Part shown: piece after piece, positions 38,463-51,905 of the stretch
Layout: every line of letters starts with the position of its first letter
How positions within the stretch are numbered: position 1 is the stretch's first letter
Source of the DNA: Octopus bimaculoides
Taxonomy: Eukaryota
Assembly: GCF_001194135.2 (NCBI RefSeq)
Contig: NC_068989.1
Coordinates: forward strand, 17,158,089-17,222,088
Reading direction: 5' to 3'
Length of the DNA stretch: 64,000 nt
The notes under the pieces: generated by a model
Told to the model about the DNA's origin: nothing
Databases searched by the model: none
What the model saw: the letters and a program-made list of their open reading frames with translations, nothing else
Position numbers and translations under genes: made by a program

Positions 38463-40049
38463 CATTGCTGTTCGTCACACCTTTATTCATCACATGTCCG
38501 TTGACCATATATCTGTTGACCATATATCTGTTGACCGCATCTTATGCTGGTCGCTTATCACTTTTGTCTACTTTTATAGGTCACTCACCGAATTCAAATT
38601 TCCATCCATATTCAACTAATTAATCACGTGTTACATCATGTACCGAATAGTTACCCAGTCACTGCAGTCTTCTCACAGTTAATAGCTTTCTCTCCACCCT
38701 CTCTCTCTCTCTCTCTCTCTCTTTTCTTTACCCCCCACCCTTCTCTCTGTCTCACTGCTATCAATCAGTCCATTCAGTATCCTTTGGAAACATGTTATAT
38801 CTCTCGCTCTCACGAACAGTTCTGCTTGAAACCTCAGACTTTTCATATTGCTTACGGCAAACCAGATTATCCATTCCTGAACACTTTATACTCACTGACT
38901 GCCGATGCAAATCATTAATAACTTATTCCAATCTTACTGTTTACTTTAATAACTAGAGCTGTTGTTGTTGCTAATGGTGTTGTTGTTATTGTTATTAATG
39001 TTGTTATTATTGTTATATTTCTTGCTGGTGCCATTGCAATGACTATCCAACCCAGATTAATTCTTCTAAATGAGAAGCTTAAGTGAAAGTAATCTTCTAG
39101 TTTGTTCCTTTTGTGCTAAGAATGACTCTGCTGTCTTTGAAATCCCATCAACTGGTACAAATTATGAGAGGTAATGTCAAAACGAAAGACAAACAAGGAA
39201 ATGACATTTTTTGTTAGATAGTTCAATTGTACTGCCTCCAGAATAATATATTTTTCTTTGATAATCTCCTTCCGAAAAATCTTATAATCGTTACAATGAG
39301 ATTAGACTAATCTGGCTTAATCGTTAGAGTGACGGTCAAAATGCCTTACCGTATTCGTTGTTACTGCTTACGTTCTGAGTTCGAATCCTGCCAAGATCAA
39401 CATTGACTTTCCTCCTTTTGAGGGTCAATAGTAATAAAGTGTCAATCGAGTACTAGATATCAGTATAACCAACTAACCTCGCCGTATTTCTGATCTTGTG
39501 CTTCAATAAAGAAATCATTATAAAGAGTAGTCGACTGAACTGGCAGAATCGTTTGAATGTCGGACAAAATCCCTTGGCGGTATTTGTTCGAGCTCTTTTC
39601 TTTATGTCTTCAATTCTCGCAAACGTCACATTCAACCTTTCGGGATCGATAAAATAAAGTACCAGTCAAGTGCTGGGGTCGAAATATCGATTAACGCCTA
39701 CGCTCAAAATTGCTAGCCCTGTGCCTAAATTATTATTACCATCATCATTATCATTGTCCTTGTTGTTGTTGTTGTTGTTGTTGTTATTATTATTATTATT
39801 ATTATTATTAAGTGAGAGAGCAGTGCATGCCATCAAAGTGACACTGGATAAAATATACGAAGCCCAATATACCCATCATGACTACCCGTCTGATAAGGAT
39901 ACACCAGGCACATGCATCACAACCATATGTGCGCGACATGGTGATCTCATATCAAGATAAACAGTGCACGACCTTGCAGGTGGGGCCCAGTTAGAATTTT
40001 CTTCAGGTCGGGTAGCCCATCCCACAAAGTTATTCTGCAAACTCACATC

Positions 40050-40240
40050 ATCCCGTATTATCTCCACCACCGCTCTGATCATCCACATCATACAAGACGC
40101 ATTTGCGCAGACGTTGGGGATTATTGGAAACATGCAAATACTTTTGTGCGCCGTTATGTAAAGTGCGGTTATAGTGAATCAAGATTAAAGGAAATAGCAA
40201 ATGACATAGCTGAAATTAAAAGTGATAATCTCAATAATCT
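40050..40240 (+). pseudogene. Penelope-like RT C-terminal/linker remnant
   Basis: Reads YYLHHRSDHPHHTRRICADVGDYWKHANTFVRRYVKCGYSESRLKEIA, matching the Penelope YL...S.HP.H ... RRICS ... F..RGY signature with an internal deletion. Confidence 0.7.
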
Positions 40241-40254
40241 TTCAAATCCCAAGA

Positions 40255-40445
40255 ATCTTTCTTTTCTGATACTTTTCTGCGTCTCTCAATTCCAATATCT
40301 TTCAATGCCCTTGTTACCATTTTGGATGTTGTATCAATTGTACCAATTGTCCACAAGAATAAGTGTCAACTTTGTTTCATAATCTCTTCATCTCTCTGGC
40401 TAGGTCATGGTATTACTCTTTTTTGCGCTGTCTTACTTCATTCGA
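40255..40445 (-). pseudogene. RLE LINE C-terminal remnant
   Basis: KKE*YHDLAREMKRL ... IGTIDTTSKMVTRALKDIGIE resembles KY.DLA.E....W ... IG.LG.. of RLE LINE ends. Confidence 0.55.
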
Positions 40446-40879
40446 GTTAAGGACAATCTTCTTGGGTGGTAAGCCGATGGTCAGTTTTGAATGTGTACAG
40501 CAGCGGAGGCGGCGCCTTTTGACCAGTCGTCACTCATGCCATGGAAAGTGTAAGACGATTGGATTTCTTCAGACATCTGGAAGTGTTACGCTATTTAGTG
40601 TTATTGGTTGACTGGGGCGGTATTTTAGCGGTATTGTGTGTAACTGGAAAATAAGAGAAGTGGATGTAAATACTTGAGCCATTTCCATTTGAATTTCCCG
40701 AATGTTCTAGCGTAAAGAAAAGTGACCGCATCACGTTTTCCAGATAGTATATAGATAATTTATTGGGTCAGTAGACAAGGACAGTGCAGAAAGTTCATAA
40801 CTTCAAACTGTCGCTACACAGACAACAAATTTGTGATCTACATGATCGTTCTGGCTTGTGCCTGTAGACCGGGGCCAGG

Positions 40880-41760
40880 CTACTGGAACTTACCGCTTCC
40901 GGTGCAGAAAACCTACTGAGTCTGGATTAACGATTTCCTTAAACAGCGGTTGAATGGGGAAGTTATCAGCAACTGATGGTGGAGCACACTGAAAAAGGCT
41001 CTTAGAGCAGATGCGTTAAGTTTTAGTAAAGAAATACCAATAGAAAAATAGGTTAGAGAGTGAATTAAAGAAAATTGGAAGACGCAATTAGGAACGTGTC
41101 GCGACCGAAATGATGTTGTTGAGAATGACCGTCGACTTAGAGGCAAAAAAATGCCACCAACCGGTTCTGTCAAACTGTACGTTTAGTTACGAAACCGTCT
41201 TCCAGGTACACGTCAGGTGTTCCAGTACAGCTAATCTATGGAGTTTTCTCTTGTTGTCAGATAGCTAAACCGAAAGAGGTTGTATTGTGAACGAGGTTGA
41301 AAGGATCTAAGACGGACACTTTTCTCTTTGGTCAAGCGCTCCTCAACATTTTCAAGTTTCATCGAGAAAGGAAAGTGAGAATGGAGGGGGAAGGTTTGCC
41401 CCAATTAAATTATATGAACTGTGGGTGATGCTAGCAAAGATGGCCAGAGTAAACAGGCCTACTATGTGCATAGACCCGTAGATTAAAGGATGGCGACTGA
41501 AAGAGGGCAACTGCTCTCGTGGTCAGGGTGATCCAGATTTCGTGAGGTTTTCTTCGAATGGCCTCCGGTAGCGTCCGACTATTGCGGAACTTTGTTTCAG
41601 CTGAACTTTTCTTGTTATTTATTTTCGTTCTTGTTATTTTTTTTAGACCTAAATCCCATCTAACATATTTATCCTTTGTCCTTTGTTCTTTTATTCTGTC
41701 TTTGTACTATATCCTGTTTTCTCCGATCCATTCTGGTTTAGAAATAAATTCTCCTCCTCT
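40880..41760 (+). mobile_element. L1/Tx1-type LINE remnant, same family as 27845-28422, internally deleted
   Basis: WWSTLKKALRADALSFSK (EN-RT linker) fused to KEVVL*TRLKGSKTDTFLFGQALLNIFKFHRERKVR; shares the cagggtgatc 3' UTR segment. Confidence 0.7.
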
Positions 41761-41766
41761 TCCTCG

Positions 41767-41767
<1 letters not shown>

Positions 41768-41823
<56 letters not shown>

Positions 41824-41842
41824 CCATCATCAACAACATCAT
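41768..41842. repeat. (CAT)n microsatellite
   Basis: Directly visible. Confidence 0.95.
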
Positions 41843-42299
41843 GAAAATAATGTAACCGCTCAAAGTTTTGACTCAAAACAAAATACTTTAGTTAATTACG
41901 GCGAACTCAGTATAGTCCCATGGTGTACCATCACGGTGGAATGCGCATAACTCTATACACCAGATCTCTGGAAATGTAGCGTTTCAGAGTGGACAAGTGT
42001 TTTTATCTCACTCTAAGTTGGTTGCTGGGATGTAGATAGTCTAGTCATGCAATTTCGATTGTGGTGTGTAGTGGTGGAAGCGATATTGTCTTGGCAAAAG
42101 TAACCCATGTCGACATAATGCTCACTGAAAAGACTGCGGAATTTCTACAGCCTGCAAATGACACCTTGAAATAGACGGAAAGTTCCTAGAAATAATAGTA
42201 TCTTCTAAAACCAAGAGGTGAAATAATCGCATAATTTTCCGCTTCCTGGTTCTTTTCACCTCCAGAGTGAATGGGAATCTCACTATATATATATATATG

Positions 42300-42432
42300 T
42301 GTGTGTGTGTTTGTCCCCCAAGCATTGCTTGACAACCGGTGCTGGTGTGTTTATGTCTCCGTCACTTAGCGGTTCGGCAAAAGAGACCGATAGAATAAGT
42401 ACTAGGCTTACAAAGAATAAGTCCCGGGGTCG
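42300..42432 (+). mobile_element. SINE family A, 3' half (similar partial copies at ~7280-7470 and ~15130-15270)
   Basis: gtttatgtctccgtcacttagcggttcggcaaaagagaccgatagaataagtactagg. Confidence 0.75.
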
Positions 42433-42434
42433 AT

Positions 42435-42620
42435 TTGCTTCTTTCCTCTCCACGATACCAGACGAACCAATGGCTCGTAATGAGACGCAGTTTAGGGCAG
42501 CTGTGTCAAATTCTCTTATACACCAGATGTGCCATCAAAACTCTTGATTGGACCATGTCAGGTGGGGGAGAAGAGCCATGCAAGGAACGTGAAAATCACG
42601 GTGGTGCACCAGCATGACCG
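42435..42620 (+). pseudogene. CR1/L2-type LINE 3' tip remnant
   Basis: FLSTIPDEPMARNETQFRAAVSNSLIHQM resembles the FL..IPDEP......RAA.SNSL..Q terminus of such LINEs. Confidence 0.5.
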
Positions 42621-42729
42621 CAGCCACTTGGCTGAAACATAAATAAATAAATTAAAAAAAAAATATATATATATGCGCACTAATATATTCATGTATGTAT
42701 GTACGTGTGGTGTATATGTATGTATACGA

Positions 42730-42779
<50 letters not shown>

Positions 42780-43035
42780 TACACACACACATTGAGACCG
42801 AAACTGAGATTGAGAAAGAGAGATTTATGCAGACAGAGACACATACACATCAGGCGTCCACTTACATATACGATAGAGAGATAAAGAAAGGAGAGGAATT
42901 GGGAAGATGGAAAGATAAAGAATCTTAAAATATGAAGAAAGCAAGAAAGAATGAGTGCTTAAGGACTACAGAGAGAGATAGTGAGAATATGAGAAAGAGA
43001 TAGATATAGAGAAAGATAGCTGGCTGGCTTATTAG

Positions 43036-43066
<31 letters not shown>

Positions 43067-43329
43067 TAGAGAGAGAATGAAGAAATCTTTAAGCAAATAT
43101 TTAGTCTTCTGAGGTTCACGGTCTTACTTTCTGATCGATTCTCTTGTTGTAGTCATGGCAACATTAGATGCCACGTAATCATTTCACTGATTTCAATTTG
43201 ATTAACATTAATTCTGCATGACAGACGTAGGACAACAAAAGCTGTTGTTCCTGTCATCTTTCTGTAACTAACTGCTTGTGCTTATCACCTGTTTTATAAC
43301 CTACGCACGACCAGATGTTTACTTCTTTA

Positions 43330-43752
43330 TTTCTTTATATACTCTTTTACTCTTTTATTTGTTTCAGTCATTTGACTGCGGCCATGCTGGGGCACCGCCT
43401 TTAGTCGAGCAAATCGACCCCGGGACTTATTCTTTGTAAGCTTAGTACTTATTCTATCGGTCTCTTTTGCCGAACCGCTAGGTGACGGAGACATAAACAC
43501 ACCAGCACCGGTTGTCAAGCAATGCTTGGGGGACAAACACACACACACACAAACACACACACATATACATATATATATATATATATACATATATACGACG
43601 GGCTTCTTTCAGTTTCCGTCTACCAAATCCACTCACAAGGCTTTGGTCGGCCCGAGGCTATAGTAGAAGACACTTGCCCAAGGTGCCACGCAGTGGGACT
43701 GAACCCGGAACCATGTGGTTGATAAGCAAGCTACTTACCACACAGCCACTCC
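43330..43752 (-). mobile_element. SINE family A, essentially full length
   Basis: Reverse complement of the 63740 head and body plus the 3' half (gtttatgtctccgtcacctagcggttcggcaaaagagaccgatagaataagtact...cagcatggccgcagtc). Confidence 0.88.
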
Positions 43753-44395
43753 TAGATTTACTAAACTTGCGGCAGACAAATTGATCTTTATCTGTATTCA
43801 GGATACTGTCGACTGGGTGGAATATGCTATCAATATTGTTTCTTTTACTTTAGGATTTTTTATCAGTTTAATGTTTCTACAGCCCTCTCTAATTCAATCC
43901 AATCCTGTCTTTCCCAACCACAAGCAAAATATAGTAAATGAAATAAATAACAAAAAAAAAAAACATGTAATAAGTTAATTAAGCCATCCTTTAATGTCAT
44001 GCGATGGTTAGGCCCCAAATACTTATACTATCGCGATACTAATTATTTTTTATAGCAAATATTAGGTAATCAAGAATATTGTTAATGAATAAATAAAAAC
44101 AGGCTGAAATCACCTTCAGGAAAATACATGTGCAACCCGTTACAAAAATGTAAATGGTCGCGCATGTATTTTCTATTCAAGGTTGTGAATGTGAAATNNN
44201 NNNNNNNNNNNNNNNNNNNNNNNNNNNNNNNNNNNNNNNNNNNNNNNNNNNNNNNNNNNNNNNNNNNNNNNNNNNNNNNNNNNNNNNNNNNNNNNNNNNN
44301 NNNNNNNNNNNNNNNNNNNNNNNNNNNNNNNNNNNNNNNNNNNNNNNNNNNNNNNNNNNNNNNNNNNNNNNNNNNNNNNNNNNNNNNNNNNNNNG

Positions 44396-44570
44396 GGGCT
44401 GGTCATATGAAAGGACGAGCCTATATGAGCAGAAGACTATGCATGGATATGTTAGTAGAAAGTTCCGAGATGATAGTAACATCGATTACCAAAGCAGTTT
44501 ATCGTGGACCAATAGCCGGATTACTACCTCCCACTTTGAAGGGTGTACGTTTGCAATCCAGGAACAGTGT
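44396..44570 (+). pseudogene. RLE LINE remnant
   Basis: LYEQKTMHGYVSRKFRDDSNIDYQSSLSWTNSRITTSHFEGCTFAIQEQ parallels the HG...W...G...ETEG.I.A.QDQ block. Confidence 0.6.
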
Positions 44571-45332
44571 GTCACTGGTGCTTAATTTATCGACCTCGAA
44601 AGGATGGAAGGCAAAGTCGGCGGAATTTGAACTCAGAACGCAGTGGCAGATGAAATACGATCAAGTATTTCACCCGGCATGCTAACGATTCTGCCAGCTC
44701 ACCGCCTTGTTTCAAATTTACTTATAATGAAATAGTTTTTGATGAACTCATGGACAAATGGAGCTTAATATTATTTTTATTCTATTGTCGTATACCAGCG
44801 TTCTGTTGTTAATTCCATTCATCATCATTGTTGTCGTTAGATTTAAATATATTTGTGTATCATTGTTCAGTTTTATTTCAAGATTTCTTGCCAATAGAGA
44901 AAGATCCGGTTTCTAACATAGATTCAAGGCCCCTTCATTGGAATTTCAACATCAACAACAGGGTATTTTTGTATGTATGTATGTATATGTGCAGATTTGT
45001 ATGTTTTGCTTTATGCATGCATTCTCATGCATATAGTTGCATATCTAGACATGCTCATATATATTTAAATGATAAACTTCTGGAAAGTTTTATGGATTTT
45101 TACAGTTCCAGTGATGGATTGGATCTGTAGTTTTCGAATTAGCTTTCCCCTTTGTGGCTTTCAGAAGCCTAATTTCTCAAGATTGGTATTTAGGCAGTGT
45201 GTTACATATCCCAGGGCTACAATAATTACAGGTGTAAATATGAACTTGTAATCTGGATAGAGTAACTGCAGATTTCTTAACAGTTCAGCGTAGGTGTTCT
45301 CTTTTTCACTAATCTCCAGCTTCATATTAACA

Positions 45333-45447
45333 TTCTTCTTCTTCTTCTTCTTCTTCTTCTTCTTCTTCTTCTTCTTCTTCTTCTTCTTCTTCTTCTTCTT
45401 CTTCTTCTTCTTCTTCTTCTTCTTCTTCTTCTTCTTCTTCTTCTTCT

Positions 45448-45470
<23 letters not shown>
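45333..45470. repeat. (TTC)n followed by (CT)n; similar (GAA)n at 49725-49790
   Basis: Directly visible. Confidence 0.97.
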
Positions 45471-45478
<8 letters not shown>

Positions 45479-46229
45479 TTCTTCCTCACCCTTGTTCAGT
45501 TGTACCAGTAATTCACAAAGTCTAGTCTTGTCACATTATATCACACTCTCACGACATGAAAATATATCAGTTTCTGTAAAATATTCAGATGCTTACACGC
45601 TATTGTTACGAGCAGGGAAATTCAATATTCATCGCCGCAACCGACAGAGAACTTTACTCCACGTATTTGTCAATGGCAGGCCTATGAATACAAAATCTTG
45701 TCAATCCATCACCCAACATAACTCATATACGCCGATGCAGATACCTCTACATATCTGTGAACTATAAAACCTGTATTTGACTAGCGAATGTATTTATTGA
45801 GAATATCATCATGTTAAACCAGCCCTCAAATTCAGGGATAAAATAAAAAGATATCTGTTGAAAATTCATTGAGTTAAAGAGGAACCAACAGAATTCTACA
45901 TTGAATTTTGAATGGTTTTTAATCGAGATTCAAAGCCTATCGAATACGCCATATGACTCCCAAACAGCTTATGTTCCTGACACCATCATATTGAGCAATA
46001 TTATCAGAAGGTGTTGCAATTACGATGATATTTGGCCACCAACTGATGAGAGGTTGAAAATGCCTGTGTCCATTGAATTTATATATATATATATATATAT
46101 ATATGAGTGGGTATGAATGTATGTATATGTATTATATATATTAGACAACCTGATGACGATCAGTAAGCCGAAACTTCGTAGTAATTGCCAACGTTTCCTA
46201 GTAGTAATTTATAAATATATATAAATCTA

Positions 46230-47165
46230 TATTTCAGTTAACTTTCATTGTAGCTTTGAGATAGTTTTGATAATTTCGACAGTGTCACTATAGGATTTTC
46301 ATAGTTTGAACATCGTTTCAACATCATTTTAACAGAATTTCAATATAATTTCAACACAATTTCAATTTCCTTTCGATAAAGTATTAATATATTTCCAACA
46401 CAGTAATACTATAGAACGAACATAGAAAATACCTCTAAAGTTACCTCTGAGCCACCTGTTCGTGTTAGACCGGGCGACAAATTAAAGCTATCAACTAAGA
46501 ACAATCCATCCGTCCCATCAATTTTCCAGACAAATCTTGAGTCATCATGGAGCTATCTTGAAATATGTTTGAAACATCTACCACTTGAATGCGAAGAAAA
46601 TTTTCATTCAAATTTTCATTCAAACCTATAGCTTTAATAGTCCCAACATATATTTAATATAATTTCAACATTGATAGGCCACAGTTTCAAAATAAATTCT
46701 ATATAGTTCCCACATTGCTACACTGTAGTTTCAGCAGTGCTACAATACAGATTCGACATAATTGCTGTATTATTTCAGAATTGCTACAGTATAGTTTCCG
46801 TATTGTTACAACGTAGTTTCTGTATTGTTACAGAATAGTTTAACTTCATTGTTATTTAGTTGTAACATCACTACCATATGATATTAATATAATTGCTGTA
46901 TACTTTTAACACTGCTTATAGTTTCCACATTGTTACAAGATAATTGCAACATTATTACATTATAATTCCCTACAGTATTTCAACATACTTTAACATAATT
47001 GCCATATAGATTCAATATAGTTGCAACATTGTAACAAAATAGTTTCAATGCTGTTACAATATAGCTTCAATATTGTTACAATATAGTTCCAACATTGTTA
47101 CAATGAAGTTTTAACATAATTGCTATATCGTTTGAACATTGTTACAAAATATTTTCAACGTTCTC
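46230..47165. repeat. Degenerate ~22-bp minisatellite
   Basis: Recurrent unit like aacattgttacaatatagtttc, clearest at 47020-47160. Confidence 0.65.
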
Positions 47166-47508
47166 AATTCAAACCTTCAGAGTCAGCAAAAGATTTAGCA
47201 TTTCATTGCAAAAGAAAATACCCAGAAAGACAATCCGTTGAAATTTAAGAATAATATCATTTAAACAGAAAAGAATATGCTGTTTTTGCTAGAATGAAAT
47301 TCTTAGTTCTTTCTGGCAGAAATTTGTGTAAAATGTATTTATTTCTTACATATGTAAAGAATGAACTTCACTAGAATGGAAACTGATATAAAACAGAAAA
47401 AACTTTGTATGTAAATTAATTATCTTTTCAAATATTGTTAAATTTATATTGGCAATATTATTACGGGTACTATTATTGCTAGAAATATTGTCAATATTAT
47501 GACACGTG

Positions 47509-47539
<31 letters not shown>

Positions 47540-49309
47540 TGTATGCGTGCATGCATGTATGTATATATGTAAATATTTGTGCATGCATACGTATATACAT
47601 ACATACATACATACATACATACGTACATAATTGTTCGCAAAATGTCTCGTAAAATATCTTCTAGACTGCAAAAAGCACGTTTAGATAGCTTCTAAGAGTT
47701 AAAGTGTCGTGTCTACCGTATATAGGACGGTCGTGATAATCTACAACAACAGGGAAAAGCTGATAATTTTCAACCGTCAAATTAGAAGTGTTTATTTGTA
47801 CAAGAAAGAAATGAATAAACTTCCAGCAGTTTGTCGAAACATTGAGCAATTTTAAAATAAGTCGTTTTTAAGAAGTTCAAATGAATAAACGAAAGAGAAT
47901 TGGTCTTTATTTCAGGGGCAGAAAGAAAATCAGGATAGGCTGCCCTTAAATGTCTTTATGTACAAATATTAAACCTTAGTTGCTCTGAAAATACACCTGA
48001 AAGTAAAGATTTGGTATAAATTAGTAAATCAAGAGTGTTTGTTATACTTACATATCACCGAACAAAGTCGACTGCCAGTCGTCCATTTTAACCCTGGCCT
48101 CATAGCAATTGTTGTTCTCCTCAATTTATATATAGGACACTTTTACAGTTGTCCTATATTGAATAGTTCTTGTATTTTCCTTGTTGCCGTTGATTTTTTT
48201 TTTAATTCCTTTTTAGTTTTGCTTTTTTTTTTTTAGTTTTTAGTGATACATCCGTAATAATTGGCAGAAAATAGTATTGAGATGCAGAAGAAGAATTAAA
48301 CACTATCAGTGTATATGTAACCCAATATCTATACTCTATTATTTACAGCTTTATTTGCTTCGAGATCCACCATTTCGAAAAAGAATATATATATATATAT
48401 ATATATATATAGTATGTGTGTGTGTGTGTGATGTATGTGTGTTTACTATTTATGTCTAAACAGTGAGAGAGAGTGAAAAGAGGGGAGGAGAAGAGAGAGA
48501 GAGAGAGAGAAGAGAAGAGCTAAACTACATAATATTGACCGATTTCTTATCATTGTCATTGTTATTATTTCACAGTATTTCCCTCCTTAGTATTTCGCAT
48601 TTCTATTATTATCGGTTTTATTTCTTCTTTCTGTCTTCGATATTATCATAATTATAATCCATTGAGAATATTACATCCGTGAAATTCATTTATTGTAATA
48701 ATACTGAGACTCCATCCTTTCAACTTTACAACAACTGTTCGTACAATACATCTGTCTTGTGAACATGCAGGACGTTATGACGATATCCATTATTGGTCTT
48801 TCATTAATACATGCTATGATTATATGACAGAAATATCAGTGGTCCAGTGGAAAAGGTATTAGCATTTTTCGTTTGTAAGCATTGTTAGTTCGTGTTTTGG
48901 GCGAAGGCATGCGCTGAATCCAGTGGTTCGAGAGCGATTTAAACATATTAATACAGTTCTCAATGTCTGGGATGATAGTTAGGGTGGTAAGGATAAAATC
49001 ACGGAAAACCGTGTGAGATATAATTGGGTAGAACCAACTTCCACAGTGAAAGGCGTAGTTGTTTGGATGTTGATGTGTAATTTCAGTGTTCTAGAAATTA
49101 AGTTTGAATGCTTTGTTCTCACCAAAAAGAAAGAATAAGTGTGAATGGCTGAAAGTATGAAATTAATTTCCTACTTAGCTAATTACCAAGTGGTTTTTCT
49201 TTGGCTTTTTTTCTTCACTTTCTTTCCTGTCTATATTTTTAAAGATACAAATCACAGTAATTCTTTTACTACCTTCAGGTTAAATTGACATTTAGCACAC
49301 ATTACCTAC

Positions 49310-49498
49310 CATCCTTGGACGAAATGTAAAATAAAGATGAAATATCCGAAAGATAAAACAAATGCTTCTTTAAAAGCAGTTTGAGTGTAGAACATATCTG
49401 AATATCAACTTGGGAAAGATGGTATATTAAAATTATATAATATATATGACACAACTCCGCTGATATGCAGAGACGTATGCAAGAGTCTAATTGTGTAA
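49310..49498 (-). CDS. Candidate further-upstream exon of the filamin-like gene (possible divergent CH1 start)
   Basis: Long polypyrimidine tract plus ttgcag| acceptor (49500-49499), donor gatg|gtaggt (49309); 189 nt. Only the phase-1 frame is open: TQLDSCIRLC...QVDIQICSTLKLLLKKHLFYLSDISSLFYISSKD. The IQ...HL...DG spacing loosely mirrors filamin CH1 (IQQNTFTRWCNEHL...DLSDG). Confidence 0.35.
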
Positions 49499-50918
49499 CT
49501 GCAATGAAAAGTAAAAAACAAAAACACACAATGGAAAGTAAAAACAAACAAATAAAAGAAATAACTTCAAGAATAATCTCAGTTTTCCAACTGACTTTAT
49601 CAACTACATAAGACCTTACTCTTTCTGTCATTTAGTATGCAGAACATTCACTTTGGACACTTTCACTCCACCATATTGTTTATATTCTGGTCCACACATT
49701 TCTACAGCATGTTATGTAGTAGTAGAAGAAGAAGAAGAAGAAGAAGAAGAAGAAGAAGAAGAAGAAGAAGAAGAAGAAGAAGAAGAAGAAAGGTGGTGAG
49801 CTAGCAGAATTGTTAGCGTGCACAGACGGTATGCTTAGCGGCATTTCAGCATTTCTTCCATCTTTATATCCTGAGTTCAAGTTGCGCTGTGGTTAACTTC
49901 GCTTTCCGTCCTTTCAAGGCTGACAAAATAAGTATCAGCTGAGCACTGGGGTTGATGCAATTGACAAACCCCATCTTGTGCCAACAGAGGAAATTCCACA
50001 CCTTGTGCCAACAGAGGAAAAGTTTGTTACAGGAAGAACACACAATCAACTCATTAGCAACTAGATATCTTCTGCTAACTATAAAATAAATGTTGTTAAT
50101 AATTTCTAATGCCTGATTCAAATAAATTGAAGTTCAACAATATTTACATAAACAAGAAATAAACAGCAATATGACAAAAGTAATTTTTTCCACTTGCAGT
50201 AATGACAGTTGAAGTTTGCCAAACTGACAAAGATATTTGTCTTATNNNNNNNNNNNNNNNNNNNNNNNNNNNNNNNNNNNNNNNNNNNNNNNNNNNNNNN
50301 NNNNNNNNNNNNNNNNNNNNNNNNNNNNNNNNNNNNNNNNNNNNNAAATATTCTGATATCTATGTATCTGATAAGCTACAAATTTTGATATTTTGATATG
50401 CTATCTATATATCGGATAAGCGATCCATACTGATATGCTGTATCTCATGCAGGATTAGATTTCTATACCCATATATTTCTTGTCACCGAAAATGGAATGT
50501 CGCTTTTGGTTTTTGTTCTTTAAAACCGTGCGTTTATAAATATCTAGAACTCCATAGATGTATATCTGTAGACGTGTGTGCATGTATAAATATATGTTCG
50601 TGTACAAATGTATAGTATTTATAAGAGTAAGGAGAAGGTGTCTGCAATTACTAAACATGTGTTTCATATATATTTGTAAGTAAGCTTATGTGTAACTTTT
50701 TTATGTACGTACAGTTGTTTAGTTGTACCACACCCCCTCTCTGTTTTTCTCTTCTCTTCCCTCTTCTGTGTGGCTTATATGTGTGTGTCTGTGTGTATGT
50801 GTGTGTGTATACACATGTGTGTACGTGTGTGTGTATGCTTATATTTCAAGATGTGTATGTCTATATCTGTCCAGGTATGTATGTGAGCATATATAACTGT
50901 ATGAGTTTAGATTATTGC

Positions 50919-50954
<36 letters not shown>

Positions 50955-51199
50955 NNNNNNNNNNNNNNNNNNNNNNNNNNNNNNNNNNNNNNNNNNNNNN
51001 NNNNNNNNNNNNNNNNNNNNNNNNNNNNNNNNNNNNNNNNNNNNNNNNNNNNNNNNNNNNNNNNNNNNNNNNNNNNNNNNNNNNNNNNNNNNNNNNNNNN
51101 NNNNNNNNNNNNNNNNNNNNNNNNNNNNNNNNNNNNNNNNNNNNNNNNNNNNNNNNNNNNNNNNNNNNNNNNNNNNNNNNNNNNNNNNNNNNNNNNNNN

Positions 51200-51269
<70 letters not shown>

Positions 51270-51874
51270 TCAATCACCTGAAAATCGGCAACAAGAAACA
51301 CCGAGGTGTAGTAACTCACTCGGTCGCAGCTTTAAATAAATATATTTGTAAATGTGGGCATGCGTTTACGTATGGTGTGTATGTGTTTGTATCACAGTTC
51401 TTGTATATCGCTATATCTACCAACCAACTCTGTTGATTTTCTAAGTATATGTAGGTGCGTGTCTACGAGTGTATGTAAGTACGTGTGCATGCATGTGTGT
51501 ATGTGTATGCTTTTGTGCATATGTATAGGTAGGATATGGCATTTGTTTGCACGTATAACTAGAGGTGGGAGTTGTCCTTTGATTCTTAGGTATGCGTCGA
51601 CATATAAACTATTACTCCGTTCGATGAATATGAGTTAATCTTGATGGCTCCCGATTGAAGCAGCTACTGAATCTGTTGCTGCCGCTGCTACTGCTGCTGC
51701 TGCTGCTGCTGCTGTCGTTGTTGTTATCGTTGTTGTATTTGATGGCTAGGACGATAACGATGACGACGACGACGACGACGACGATGATGATGATTGTATC
51801 ACTGTGTTAGATTTCCTTGTTTACACTTGACAGCTGTGGCTGTTGGTGGTTATTGTTATTATTGCCTTTAACAA

Positions 51875-51905
<31 letters not shown>

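Noticed and set aside
48830-49092. About 90-codon open frame on the minus strand after an ag
   Set aside because: No recognisable similarity and no suitable donor; consistent with chance.
49302-49631. 109-aa ORF with a hydrophobic, transmembrane-like N-terminus that could make a membrane-anchored filamin
   Set aside because: The hydrophobic stretch coincides with a T-rich polypyrimidine tract ending in ttgcag, so it is better explained as an intron 3' end; only the downstream part is kept as a candidate exon.
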